Source: Chthoniobacteraceae bacterium
GTDB taxonomy: Bacteria; Verrucomicrobiota; Verrucomicrobiia; Chthoniobacterales; Chthoniobacteraceae
Assembly: GCA_040081625.1 (NCBI GenBank)
Contig: JBEBGD010000013.1
Location: 20,390 to 84,389 of the forward strand
DNA: 64,000 nucleotides
Reading direction: 5' to 3'
Under the pieces are notes generated by a model that saw only the letters and a list, made by a program, of their open reading frames with translations, made no database searches and was not told the DNA's origin. A program made the translations under genes and the position numbers. Positions 50,953 through 60,710 of the stretch are shown piece by piece (position 1 is the stretch's first letter; every line of letters starts with the position of its first letter).

Positions 50953-51410
50953 AGGTCGAGCCGATCCGCGAGACGGTCGAAGGTCGGCGTGTCATCCAGT
51001 TGCGTCCGCTCCCACGCTTCCGGGCTGTAGAGTTCAAATTTCACGCGATTGCCCGCGAGCACGACTTCCTTCTTGATTCCCACCGCCTTCGCGTAGTCTG
51101 CTGGGATCGCGATGCGTCCCGCCTTGTCCGTCGTGACGTGGCGGGAGCGCGAATAGAATATGCGCTCGAACTTCGAAATTTCCTTGGTCGTGACTCCTGG
51201 CTCGTCGGCGAGCTTCTCGAACACCGATGCAAAAACCGGCGGCGGCATCACGTGGATGAACGACCCTGAGCGAGCCACCGTGAGGAAAAATTCCTCGCCG
51301 CCCTCCGCGGTGCGGCGCCAGCGCGCGGGGATGGTGACGCGCAGCTTGTCATCGAGCGTGGTGCTCGAGTTGTCGGAGAAAATTGGGGGCTGTGTGTTGG
51401 GTTCGGGCAT
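50949..51410 (-). CDS. mraZ: Transcriptional regulator MraZ
   Basis: LDDKLRVTIP and DKAGRIAIP AbrB-type repeats; first gene of the dcw cluster. Confidence 0.9.
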   Translation of the reverse strand: MPEPNTQPPIFSDNSSTTLDDKLRVTIPARWRRTAEGGEEFFLTVARSGSFIHVMPPPVFASVFEKLADEPGVTTKEISKFERIFYSRSRHVTTDKAGRIAIPADYAKAVGIKKEVVLAGNRVKFELYSPEAWERTQLDDTPTFDRLADRLDL

Positions 51411-51430
51411 TGCGAGATCGTGGAAAAACT

Positions 51431-51475
51431 CCCCGGCTCCCCCACGACGCCCCCCGCTTAAACATTTTCACCCAC
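51431..51475 (-). promoter_or_regulatory. Putative MraZ-binding direct repeats
   Basis: Minus-strand GTGGG/GGGGG/GTGGG/CGGGG boxes on a 10-bp register (plus 51471, 51451, 51441, 51431). Confidence 0.6.
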
Positions 51476-51542
51476 CCGGGTCAATGTTTTTGACGTTAAT
51501 TCTTCGTGTATTTTTCAGGGCCCGATTCGACCGCCTGCCCGC

Positions 51543-53294
51543 TTACTCGCGCACTCCCGCCGGCAACCCACCGTCCACATCCAGGAAACTGCCCGCGCAG
51601 AGCTTCGCGTATCGACCGCCCATCGCGAGCAACTCCTCGTGCCGGCCGCGCTCGACGATCCGTCCGCGGTCGAGCACGAGGATTTGATCCGCGTGCCTCA
51701 CAGTCGAGAGTCGGTGCGCGATGACGAAACACGTGCGGGCCGACATGAGCCGATCCAGCGCGCCTTGAATGAGCTGTTCGGTCTGCGTGTCCACGCTCGC
51801 CGTCGCCTCGTCGAGGACGAGGATCGGCGGATCCTTGAGCAGCGCACGCGCGATCGAGATTCGCTGCTTCTCGCCGACGCTCAGCTTCACACCGCGTTCA
51901 CCCACCACAGCATCGAGCAGCGCAGGCAGTCGCCCGACGAAATCGCGCGCGTTCGCCGCTTCGAGCGCGGACCACAGCTCCGCATCAGTCGCGTCCGGAT
52001 TACCGAGCCGCAGGTTGTCGCGCACGGTGCCGTTGAAGAGAAAACTTTCCTGCGTGACCATGCCGATCGCGTTGCGCAGCGCGCCCCGCGGAAGGTCGCG
52101 GATCGCTCGCCCATCGATGAGAATCTCGCCCGTGTCGTATTCGTAAAAGCGCGTGAGCAGATGCACGAGTGACGACTTGCCCGCACCGGTATGGCCGACG
52201 AGCGCCACCGTCTCGCCCGGCTTCGCGTGCAGCGAAATATGGTGCAGCACGGGGACCGTTTCATCGTAGCTGAAACTCACGTCGATGAACCGCACGTCCC
52301 CTTGCACTTCGACCGGCTCTTCCTCGCGCGCGGCCTCGTCTGGTTCGATCGGTTCGTCGAGAATCTCGAACACGCGCTCGCCCGCGGCGCGTCCGCTCTG
52401 GATCATTTGATTGAGCGAATGCAGGCGGCTGATCGGCTCGTAGAGGAAGCCAGCGAGCATCAGGAACCCGACGAGATCGCCGACACTCATCGCGCCGTCG
52501 AGCACCGCGCTCCCGCCGAATCCGACGACGAGCACGAGCCCGACTGCTGCGAAAAAAGTCATCGCCGGATTGTAGATCGCCCACGCGCGCATGACCACGA
52601 GCGTCGCCTCGCGTAGTTGATTCGACACCGCGTTGAAGCGCGCGTGCTCGTCGCGTTCGCGCACGTAGGTCTTGATCTGCCGGATGCCCGCGAGGTTGTC
52701 GTGCAGCAGCGCATTCATCGCCGACGACGCCTTGCGCTGAAGCCGGTAGCGCCGGTGCGCGGTGAGCGTGTAGGCGAGCGCGCCCGCGACGAGAAACGGG
52801 ATCGGCGCCAGCGCCAGTCCCGCGAGCCCGGCATTCATCGCAAACATCAGCCCGCCCACGATGAGCAGTTGCAGGACTGCGATCGTGCCCTGCTCGATTC
52901 CGTCGATGAGCACACGCTCGACCGCGGTCACGTCCTCGAGCAATCGCGTCATGAGATCGCCCGTCGCGCGCTCGTCGAACCATCGCAGCGGAAGCTGCTG
53001 GATGTGCGAGTAGAGATCGCTGCGCAGGTCGAAGATCACCTTTTGCTCGAAGGTGTTGTTCAGCACGATGCGCACGGCATTGCCGAGGTCGCGGAGGAAA
53101 AACGCACCGAGCGCGATCAGCGAGTAGGCGAGCAGATTCTCGCGGCGCCCGGCGCGCACCTCGTCGATCACGAGCTGCGTGACTTTTGGAAAGACGACGA
53201 GCATCAGCGTGGACAGCGCCCCAAAGCCGATCGTGCCGAGCGCATACCACGGGTAACGTCGGACATAGGCGAAGACGCGGAGGAGAGTGGACAT
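51543..53294 (-). CDS. ABC exporter, fused permease/ATPase (MsbA/MdlB-like)
   Basis: TM domain, GHTGAGKS, LSVGEKQR, LDEATASVD, AHRLST; start at 53294. Confidence 0.93.
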   Translation of the reverse strand: MSTLLRVFAYVRRYPWYALGTIGFGALSTLMLVVFPKVTQLVIDEVRAGRRENLLAYSLIALGAFFLRDLGNAVRIVLNNTFEQKVIFDLRSDLYSHIQQLPLRWFDERATGDLMTRLLEDVTAVERVLIDGIEQGTIAVLQLLIVGGLMFAMNAGLAGLALAPIPFLVAGALAYTLTAHRRYRLQRKASSAMNALLHDNLAGIRQIKTYVRERDEHARFNAVSNQLREATLVVMRAWAIYNPAMTFFAAVGLVLVVGFGGSAVLDGAMSVGDLVGFLMLAGFLYEPISRLHSLNQMIQSGRAAGERVFEILDEPIEPDEAAREEEPVEVQGDVRFIDVSFSYDETVPVLHHISLHAKPGETVALVGHTGAGKSSLVHLLTRFYEYDTGEILIDGRAIRDLPRGALRNAIGMVTQESFLFNGTVRDNLRLGNPDATDAELWSALEAANARDFVGRLPALLDAVVGERGVKLSVGEKQRISIARALLKDPPILVLDEATASVDTQTEQLIQGALDRLMSARTCFVIAHRLSTVRHADQILVLDRGRIVERGRHEELLAMGGRYAKLCAGSFLDVDGGLPAGVRE

Positions 53295-53408
53295 GCGGCT
53301 CGCGCCCCTTGCCCATCTCGCGGGCGTGCGCAAGCGAGGTTGCACAAACGCAACTCCATCCGGTATGTTCGCGCCGCGCGAGCCATCCGGCCGCCCCCCT
53401 CAATAATC

Positions 53409-54200
53409 ATGAAATCCATCCGCGCTTTCACCCTCATCGAACTGCTCACGGTCATCGTGATCATCGCCATTCTCGCCAGCGTCGTGGCTTTGGTCGCGGG
53501 TCCCGTCCAGCGCAATTCCCAGATGGTCCAGGGCATGAGTAACATGAAGCAACTCGGCTCCGGCTTTATGAATTATGCCGGCGCCCACGACGGCCAACTC
53601 CCCGGCCCCGGCGATCCGCAGCCGTCCTTCGGCAGCGCGAACTCGCCCACCGAAATCGAGGCTTGGTATAATGTGGTGCCCGAGCTTGCCGGCGGACGCG
53701 CGCTGCGGGATTTCACCAACGCCGCCGAGTTTTTCAAAAAAGGAAACCTCCTCTTCGTGCCAGCCGCGAAGTATCCGGCGAACTCGAACGTTCCGCTCTT
53801 TGGGATCGCGATGAACGATCGGCTGCGCGTCAGTGCGGACGGCGGCACTTTGGAAGACAGCGCGGTCCGGCTGCCGAATTTCGGCGCAGCCTCGCGGACA
53901 ATCATCTTCATGGAAACTGGCGTGCCCGGCGAAGACCGGCTACCCGGCCAGGGCGGCTACACGGGATCGAGCGCAGGCAACCCGCGCAACCTCGCCGCCC
54001 GCTACAAGCGCCCATCGACCACCGACCCGGATTCCCTGCGCGAATCCTTGACCAACCTGCTTTTTGCCGACGGCCACGCGGCGTCCCTTCCGGCCAAGGA
54101 CGTGATCACCGGCGGCGCCACCGCCTACTATCCGCAGCTTTCGGAACAGGGTGGTCAGGGCAAAGTGTGCTGGACCCTCGACCCCGAGGCGAAGCCGTAG
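53409..54200 (+). CDS. Prepilin-type N-methylation protein with C-terminal N..F.DGH motif
   Basis: AFTLIELLTVIVII, SNMKQLG, NLLFADGH. Confidence 0.85.
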   Translation: MKSIRAFTLIELLTVIVIIAILASVVALVAGPVQRNSQMVQGMSNMKQLGSGFMNYAGAHDGQLPGPGDPQPSFGSANSPTEIEAWYNVVPELAGGRALRDFTNAAEFFKKGNLLFVPAAKYPANSNVPLFGIAMNDRLRVSADGGTLEDSAVRLPNFGAASRTIIFMETGVPGEDRLPGQGGYTGSSAGNPRNLAARYKRPSTTDPDSLRESLTNLLFADGHAASLPAKDVITGGATAYYPQLSEQGGQGKVCWTLDPEAKP

Positions 54201-54206
54201 CGCACG

Positions 54207-55121
54207 CTACTCGATCAGCTCGAACTGCTGCATGAGCCGGAAGTCCTCGTAGCGCTGGTCCACGTCGTCCATCGCGAGCGTGCGCATTCGCTCGAGGCTG
54301 AAGGCTTCGACGTTGTAGCTCGCGAGCACGCTGCCGAAGACCACGGCACGGCGCAGTAGATCGAAGGTGACTTCGCGATCCTGCGCGGCGAGCCAGCCGG
54401 CGAGGCCGCCCGCAAACGTGTCGCCCGCGCCGGTGGGATCGTGGATGTCCTCGAGCGGATACGCGCCGCAGGAGAAGAATTCGTTTTCGCCGAAAAGCAG
54501 CGCGCCGTGCTCGCCTTTTTTGATCACCACATATTTCGGCCCGAGCGCGCGGATCGCCGCGCCGGCCCGCACGAGGCTCGTCATCTGCGTGAGCAGGCGC
54601 GCTTCGGAATCGTTGAGGATGAGCAGGTCGAGCCGCGGCAGCAGTCGCATGAGGTCGGGCCGCGCGATGTTGATCCACAGGTCCATCGTGTCGGCGATGA
54701 CGAAGCGCGGCCGCGTCATCTGGTCGAGCACATGGTTTTGCAAGCTGGGGCCGATGTTTGCGAGCAGCAGGTAGGGCGTGTCGCGATAGTTCGCCGGCAG
54801 CGCGGGCGTGAAGTGCTCGAAGACGTTCAGCTCCACCGAGCGCGTCTCGCGCACGTTCATGTCGAGCATGTATTCGCCCGACCAGCGGAAGGTTTTTCCC
54901 TCCGCCGTCTGCAAGCCCGCGAGGTCGATGCTGCGCGAGCGGAAGAACTCGATGTGCTGCGCGGGGAAGTCGGTGCCGACGACGCCGACGAGGTTCACCG
55001 GCGAGAAGAAACTCGCGCCGAGTGCCGCGTAGCTGGCGGAGCCGCCGAGCAGATCGGCGTGTTCTTCAAACGGAGTCTTGACGGTATCGAGCGCGATGGA
55101 GCCAACGACGAGGACGGGCAT
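54207..55121 (-). CDS. PfkB family carbohydrate/nucleoside kinase
   Basis: VGSIALD, LGGSA, KKGEHGA, DPTGAGDTFAGG. Confidence 0.9.
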   Translation of the reverse strand: MPVLVVGSIALDTVKTPFEEHADLLGGSASYAALGASFFSPVNLVGVVGTDFPAQHIEFFRSRSIDLAGLQTAEGKTFRWSGEYMLDMNVRETRSVELNVFEHFTPALPANYRDTPYLLLANIGPSLQNHVLDQMTRPRFVIADTMDLWINIARPDLMRLLPRLDLLILNDSEARLLTQMTSLVRAGAAIRALGPKYVVIKKGEHGALLFGENEFFSCGAYPLEDIHDPTGAGDTFAGGLAGWLAAQDREVTFDLLRRAVVFGSVLASYNVEAFSLERMRTLAMDDVDQRYEDFRLMQQFELIE

Positions 55122-55125
55122 GGGT

Positions 55126-55794
55126 CTAGGTTTGGGGTTTCGGGTTTCGGGTTTCGAGTTGGACCTTCACATCGCGGCACGCGGCTGCGATGTCACGCGC
55201 TTGGAGAAGTGCGGAGACGATTACGATTCGTTGCGCGCCCGCGTCGAGCACGGCCTGGAGATTCTCCGGCTTGATGCCGCCGATGCAGAAGATCGGGATG
55301 CTCACGCGCTCATGCACCATCCGGATGTCCGCGAGGCCGATCGCGGTCCGGCCGGGCTTGGTCGGCGTGGCGAAAAGCGGGCCGAAGCCGATGTAGTCCG
55401 CGCCCTCGGCCTGCGCGGCGATCGCCTGCTCCACGCTGTGCGTGCTCCGCCCGATCAAGGGCAGCGGCACTTCGCCGGCCAGCGCGCGACCGGCGCGCCA
55501 GCGGGCGTCGTCGATCGCACCGTCGTCCTGGCCGAGGTGCGCGCCGTGCGCGCCGATGCTCGGGACGAGCTCGGGAAAGTCGTTCACGATCAGCGGCACA
55601 CCGGCGGCACGGACGATCGGCTCGATCTGCTGGCCGATCGATTCGATCTCAAGTTCATCCATCCCTTTCGCGCGCAGTTGCAGCACATCGACGCCGCCCG
55701 CGCACAATTGCTCCGCGACGCGCGCGGCATCCGCCGGCGAGACGTAGCCGAGATCGAGGATGCCGTAGAGACGTGCGTCGGAAAGCTGCTTCAT
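55126..55794 (-). CDS. thiE: Thiamine-phosphate synthase
   Basis: LQLRAK, IVND, HLGQDD, GRSTH, FATPTK, IGGI; start at 55794. Confidence 0.92.
   Translation of the reverse strand: MKQLSDARLYGILDLGYVSPADAARVAEQLCAGGVDVLQLRAKGMDELEIESIGQQIEPIVRAAGVPLIVNDFPELVPSIGAHGAHLGQDDGAIDDARWRAGRALAGEVPLPLIGRSTHSVEQAIAAQAEGADYIGFGPLFATPTKPGRTAIGLADIRMVHERVSIPIFCIGGIKPENLQAVLDAGAQRIVIVSALLQARDIAAACRDVKVQLETRNPKPQT
55131..55158. repeat. Heptamer tandem repeat (TTTCGGG x4, degenerate)
   Basis: TTTGGGG TTTCGGG TTTCGGG TTTCGAG. Confidence 0.75.
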
Positions 55795-55907
55795 CTCTTC
55801 CGCTAACCACTGCGCGGCCCTGACGCAAACACGCGGTTGCGCCTTCCGGCGAGCGCCCGCATAGTGCGCGCCCTTTTCCAAAGCCACCGACCACCAACTC
55901 CCGAACC

Positions 55908-56465
55908 ATGGCCAACGCCAACGATCTCCGCAAAGGCATGTGCATCCGCTACAACGGCAACCCGGCGATCGTGCTGGAAGTGCAACATCGCACGCCGGGG
56001 AATCTGCGTGCGTTTGTGCAGGCCATCATCCGCTACATCGGCACCGGCAAGAGCGCCGACGTGCGCTTCGGCTCGACGGACAAGGTCGATAGCGTGGACG
56101 TGCAGCGCACGAAGCTCGAGTTCAGCTACAAGGATCCGCAGGGCTTCCACTTCATGGATCCGGAGACCTTCGAGTCGATCTCGTTCGACGCGGCTTTGAT
56201 CGGCGACGCGAAGGATTACCTGACCGAGAATCAAGTCGTCGAAGTGCTCTACGTCGAAGGCAAGGCCGCGACCGTCGAGTTGCCGTCGCAAGTGACGCTC
56301 ACCGTCACCGAGAGCGCCGATGGCGTGCGCGGCGACAGCGCGAACAACGTGCAGAAACCCGCGACGCTCGAGACGGGCAAGATCGTCACCGTGCCGCTCT
56401 TCATCAAGGAAGGCGAGAAGGTGAAGATCAACACGACGACGGGCGAGTATCTCGGACGCGCGTAG
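55908..56465 (+). CDS. efp: Elongation factor P
   Basis: DLRKGM, HRTPGNLRAFV, FMDPETFE, VRGDS, KPATLETG, VPLFI, GEYLGRA. Confidence 0.95.
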   Translation: MANANDLRKGMCIRYNGNPAIVLEVQHRTPGNLRAFVQAIIRYIGTGKSADVRFGSTDKVDSVDVQRTKLEFSYKDPQGFHFMDPETFESISFDAALIGDAKDYLTENQVVEVLYVEGKAATVELPSQVTLTVTESADGVRGDSANNVQKPATLETGKIVTVPLFIKEGEKVKINTTTGEYLGRA

Positions 56466-56467
56466 GC

Positions 56468-57121
56468 TCAGACGCCGAACTTCGGGCAAAGCGCGGCGAC
56501 TTCGCACCTCGCGCAATCCGGCTTGCGCGCCATGCAGCGGCGGCGGCCGTGCCAGATCAGCCAGTGGCTCAGCAGCGCCCAATCTTCGCGCGGCACGAGC
56601 TTCATGAGGTCCTGCTCGATCTTCTCCGGCGTCTTCTCGCGCGTGAAGCCGAGCCGCCCGCTGAGCCGCTGCACGTGCGTATCGACGACCACGCCTTCAT
56701 TCATCCCGAATGCATTCCCGAGCACCACGTTCGCGGTCTTGCGGCCCACGCCCGCGAGCGCGATGAGCGCGTCGAGGTCGCGCGGGACTTCGCCGCCGTG
56801 CTTCGCCACGAGATCGGCGCAGCACGCGCGGATGTTCTTCGCCTTGTTGCGGAAGAAGCCGGTCGATTGCACCAGCCGCTCGAGTTCCTCCTGCGTGATC
56901 TCCGCGAAGTCGCGCGCGGTCCTGCACCGGCGGAAGAGCGCCCTGGTCACGATGTTCACGCGCACGTCGGTGCATTGAGCGCTGAGGATCGTGGCGATGA
57001 GAAGTTCGAGCGGGTTCGAGTAGTCGAGTTCGCAATGCGCGTCGGGATACGTGCGCGCGAGCGCCGCCCAGACCTCGCGCGCCCGCACGGCACGCGCCGC
57101 CGCCGACTCGCGTCCGCTCAC
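56468..57121 (-). CDS. nth: Endonuclease III
   Basis: LSAQCTD, HhH LAGVGRKTAN, VDTHV, C-x6-C-x2-C-x5-C; GTG start overlapping upstream stop. Confidence 0.94.
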   Translation of the reverse strand: MSGRESAAARAVRAREVWAALARTYPDAHCELDYSNPLELLIATILSAQCTDVRVNIVTRALFRRCRTARDFAEITQEELERLVQSTGFFRNKAKNIRACCADLVAKHGGEVPRDLDALIALAGVGRKTANVVLGNAFGMNEGVVVDTHVQRLSGRLGFTREKTPEKIEQDLMKLVPREDWALLSHWLIWHGRRRCMARKPDCARCEVAALCPKFGV

Positions 57122-57357
57122 TTCTTCGCGGGCGCGGGAGTCGCGAGCGCGCGGATTCGCTCCTTGGCCTTCTCCGCGAACTCGCTCTCGGGATATTTCT
57201 TCACCAAGTCCTGATACTGCTTGAGCGCCCGCGCCTTTTGGTCGGCCCGGAACTTCGCCTGTTTTTCCGCGATGGCATCCTTCGGCGACTTTTTGCACGA
57301 CACGGCGCCGAGCGCGATGAAACCGGCGGCGAGAAGCAAGGCTAGACGTTGGACCAT
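57118..57357 (-). CDS. Small lipoprotein with a single TPR-like motif
   Basis: Lipobox-like GAVSC; YQDLVKKYPESEFAEKAKERI. Confidence 0.7.
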   Translation of the reverse strand: MVQRLALLLAAGFIALGAVSCKKSPKDAIAEKQAKFRADQKARALKQYQDLVKKYPESEFAEKAKERIRALATPAPAKK

Positions 57358-57380
57358 GAATCGTAGGGTGGCTGGAGGGA

Positions 57381-60300
57381 TCACTTTTTCGCGGGGCTCG
57401 CTGCGGGTTTGGCGCCCGCCTTCGGCGCGGGCTTCCCCGCCGCCTTCGGTTCAGCCTTCTCGGCAGCCTTCGGCGCGGCGCCGGGCTTGGGCGACGGTTT
57501 TGCCGCAGCCTTCGGCGTGGCAGCGGGCTTGGGCGTGGGCTTCGGTGGCACGATCTTGCCGGTGGCCTGGTCTTCGAGGAGCTGCCCGCCGCGCCACAAA
57601 CCCTCGGCGGCGATGTCGCGCTCGCTCTCGAAGAAGCTCGCGATCTTGATGTAGTTGTTGATCGCCTCGTCGTATTTCGCCTGCTGCTCGAGCGCCTTGG
57701 CCATGATCATCATCGCCTGCGCGCGGATCTTCACCGAGCCGGTGTTCGACTTGGCGACGTTGGCGAGAATCTCGAGCGCCTCGTCGTATTTCTTCTGCTC
57801 GAAAAGGCCCGCGCCGATGCCGAAGTTCGCCTCCATCACCTTCGCGCTCCACGGGTAGATCTTCTTGAGTTCCTCGAGGATCGTCGCCGCCTCGGCGGCC
57901 TTGCCGTCGGCCTGGAGGATGCGCGCCCGCCCAGCCATCGCCACCGACTGCGCGTCGCCGACGGTGCGCGTGACCTTCGACGGATCAGCGAGATTCGGCG
58001 GCACGGGGTAGTCCTTGGCGAGCTTGTCGAAGACGGTCTTCGCCTTGTCGTTCTGCTTGCGATCGACGAGCGCGTTGCCGAAGCGATCGAGGTCGGCCGG
58101 CGAGAAGATCAGCTTCGGATCATACGCCTTGTCCATGATGTCGAACCACTCCGCCTTCTTCTCGCGGTCGTTGTCGGCGAGGAAATTCGCGAGCGCGAAA
58201 AGAATCTTCGGCTTGGTCGTCTTGCCCTCGAACTTCCCGGCGAGCGACTCGAAGTAGCCTTTGATTTCATCGGCCTTCTTCAAGCTCACCTGCATCCGCA
58301 GCGTGTCGATCTTCAGCAGCACATCGAGGAGCTGCGAGACCGCATCACTCTCGGGCGCCTTCTCGATGCCCTGCTCGGCGTGCTTGATCGCTGTCTCCAT
58401 CGACTCCTTCCACTTCGCCTGGTCGTCTTTGCCGAGCACGAGGAAGGGCCCTAGCTTTTCCGCGCCCGCCTTCCAGATCGTCGCCAGCGAAAGGTGCGCG
58501 CGGGAGACATCCGGCTTCGCGCCGTGCTGGGCGATGAAGTCCTCGTAGGCCTTGATCGCGGCATCCTGCTTGTCCTCCTTGATCGCGAGTTGCGCGTTGA
58601 AATCGTATGCAGCGTAGATGCGATCGCTGTCGGGATACTTCTGCACGAACTCGTCGATGATCGCGTGGACCTTGCTGTAATCGGGCTTCTCGTCCGGCTT
58701 GCCCACGATCGCGGAATCCGCGGCGCGCTGGAGCATCGCGGCCATCTCGAACATCGCCGGCTGCGCGGGCTCGCTCTGCGGGAAGCGCTGCACGATTTCG
58801 CCGTAGGTCACGAGCGCGCCGGAGGCGTCGTCGGTCTGCGCCTGCGCGCGCGCCTTGAAATACAGCGCGCTCGCCATCAGCGAGCTCTCGGGATTCTTCT
58901 CGATGAAGGCCGTCAGCTCCGTGAGCGCCGTGGCCGTGTCGCCCGCCACGCCCGCGATCTGCCCCACCCAAAACGCCGCCTGCTCCGCCTGCTCGGTGCC
59001 TGGATATTTGTCCCGCACCGTCTTGAAGCTGGCGACCGCCTCCTCGTTCTTGCCCATCTCGCGCTGCACGGTCGCGAGCGCGAACTCCGCCTGGCTGAGC
59101 AGTTCCTTGTCGGTCTGCGTCTTGAGCGTCTGGTCGAGCGCCTTGAGCGCGTCGTCGTATCGCTTCAGCGCGATCAACGCCGTCGCCTTCTGCATGATCG
59201 CGTTCGCCGAGTATTTGCTCTTCGGAAAATTCGCGACCTGCTCGTCGAGATACTTGATCGCCTCGTCCGGGTTGTTGAGCTTCGGGTCCGGGTCGAGGTA
59301 GATCGCGCCGATGAGCAGCGCGAGATTCTCCGCGATCGGGTCGGCCTTGCCGAAGTCCGTCTTGAACTTCCCGTAAGCCGCGACCGCCTTGTCCGCGATG
59401 TGCTGCGCCGCGTAGGTCACGCATTGGAAATACGCGACGCGCTTTTTCTGGTCCTTGTCCTCCTCGGCGAGGAAGCCCTGCGCGAAATTCAGCAGCACGC
59501 GCGCTTCGTCATACTTGCCCATCGCGAGAAAAATCTGCCCGGCCTTTAGCTTGGCATCGAGCGACGGGTCGGGCTGGTCCTTGATCGTGTTGAGCTTCTC
59601 GCGCTCCTTTTCCGCGACGCGGTTGTAAAGCCGCCACTCATCGATCTTCTTCCCGAGCCGCGCTGTCTCGGCCAACTGCAGGTAGTATTTGATGCGCCGG
59701 TCCTGCACGTTGAGCACTTCGTCCTTCGCGCGGACCTCGCGGAATTGCTCGAGCGCCTGCTCGTTGAGCTTCTTTTGCGAGTCGGACTCGCGCTCGGCAA
59801 ATGAGGCCTTGAGCGCGAACACATCGCCGAGCTGCATGAACGAACTATTGATCAGCACGAGGTCGCTGCGCGCGGCGATCACCTCGCGGAACGCCTTCTC
59901 CGCCTCGTCGAGCGCCGCGGTCGAGGCCGGATTCGGTCCCGCATTTTCCGCGGCCTTGATCCCCTGCTGCGCGAGCACGAGCCCGCGCAGGAATTTCGTG
60001 TCCAGGATCGTCGGGCTCGTCGGAAACTGATCCATCCCCTGCTTGAGCGCCGCGGCTGCGCCTTCGAAATCCTCGATCTGCGCGAGCGCGCGACCCTTGC
60101 CATAGAGCGCCGTCTCCACCTCCGGGCTCTTCGGAAATTTCACCGCGAAATCGTCGAAGCCCTTCACCGCCTCGAGGAATGCCCGCTTGCGCTGCTCGAC
60201 CTGCGTCGCCGGCAGTTCGGCCGCCTTCGTCGAGAGGATCTGCGGCACCAGCACGTAGCTGCGCTCGAGGATTTCCGGCGGCACATTCTTCGCCGTGAAA

Positions 60301-60581
60301 TTCTTCCGCGCGGCCTCCGCCGCCTTGTCGTAGTCCTTCAAAAAGAAGAGGCTCACCGCCGCGCCGAGATTCGCGCCGGGGATGTAAGGCGAGGTCGGAT
60401 ACTTCTGCGAGATGCCCTGATACAGCGCGACGGCCTCCGCGTATTTCGACTCGCCCGACAGCGCCTCGGCCTGCCGCATGTCGCGCTGGTCGAGCGTCTC
60501 CTGCTGCTGCGCGCGGGCGACGAATCCGAGCCCGAGGGCGACGACGACGGAAAACGCGAGTGGGGAGCGTGCGGCGATCAT
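57381..60581 (-). CDS. Large exported tetratricopeptide-repeat protein
   Basis: Signal peptide; many TPR units with (F/Y)PxS motifs; Pro/Lys/Ala tail; start at 60581. Confidence 0.85.
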   Translation of the reverse strand: MIAARSPLAFSVVVALGLGFVARAQQQETLDQRDMRQAEALSGESKYAEAVALYQGISQKYPTSPYIPGANLGAAVSLFFLKDYDKAAEAARKNFTAKNVPPEILERSYVLVPQILSTKAAELPATQVEQRKRAFLEAVKGFDDFAVKFPKSPEVETALYGKGRALAQIEDFEGAAAALKQGMDQFPTSPTILDTKFLRGLVLAQQGIKAAENAGPNPASTAALDEAEKAFREVIAARSDLVLINSSFMQLGDVFALKASFAERESDSQKKLNEQALEQFREVRAKDEVLNVQDRRIKYYLQLAETARLGKKIDEWRLYNRVAEKEREKLNTIKDQPDPSLDAKLKAGQIFLAMGKYDEARVLLNFAQGFLAEEDKDQKKRVAYFQCVTYAAQHIADKAVAAYGKFKTDFGKADPIAENLALLIGAIYLDPDPKLNNPDEAIKYLDEQVANFPKSKYSANAIMQKATALIALKRYDDALKALDQTLKTQTDKELLSQAEFALATVQREMGKNEEAVASFKTVRDKYPGTEQAEQAAFWVGQIAGVAGDTATALTELTAFIEKNPESSLMASALYFKARAQAQTDDASGALVTYGEIVQRFPQSEPAQPAMFEMAAMLQRAADSAIVGKPDEKPDYSKVHAIIDEFVQKYPDSDRIYAAYDFNAQLAIKEDKQDAAIKAYEDFIAQHGAKPDVSRAHLSLATIWKAGAEKLGPFLVLGKDDQAKWKESMETAIKHAEQGIEKAPESDAVSQLLDVLLKIDTLRMQVSLKKADEIKGYFESLAGKFEGKTTKPKILFALANFLADNDREKKAEWFDIMDKAYDPKLIFSPADLDRFGNALVDRKQNDKAKTVFDKLAKDYPVPPNLADPSKVTRTVGDAQSVAMAGRARILQADGKAAEAATILEELKKIYPWSAKVMEANFGIGAGLFEQKKYDEALEILANVAKSNTGSVKIRAQAMMIMAKALEQQAKYDEAINNYIKIASFFESERDIAAEGLWRGGQLLEDQATGKIVPPKPTPKPAATPKAAAKPSPKPGAAPKAAEKAEPKAAGKPAPKAGAKPAASPAKK

Positions 60582-60672
60582 GGGAGGCGAAAGGTTGATG
60601 GACCATAAAGGTGCGCCATCGCGCAAGCCAACTTCGATTTTGAAGCGCGACTCACTTTTCCGCGGATGACGC

Positions 60673-60700
60673 TTCATCCTTCGCGCTTCATCCGCCATCC
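60673..60700. repeat. Degenerate heptamer repeat (TTCATCC)
   Basis: TTCATCC TTCGCGC TTCATCC GCCATCC. Confidence 0.45.
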
Positions 60701-60710
60701 TCGGCGCGCA

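Noticed and set aside
57390..57550. Repetitive DNA at the TPR gene end
   Set aside because: Explained by the Pro/Lys/Ala low-complexity protein tail
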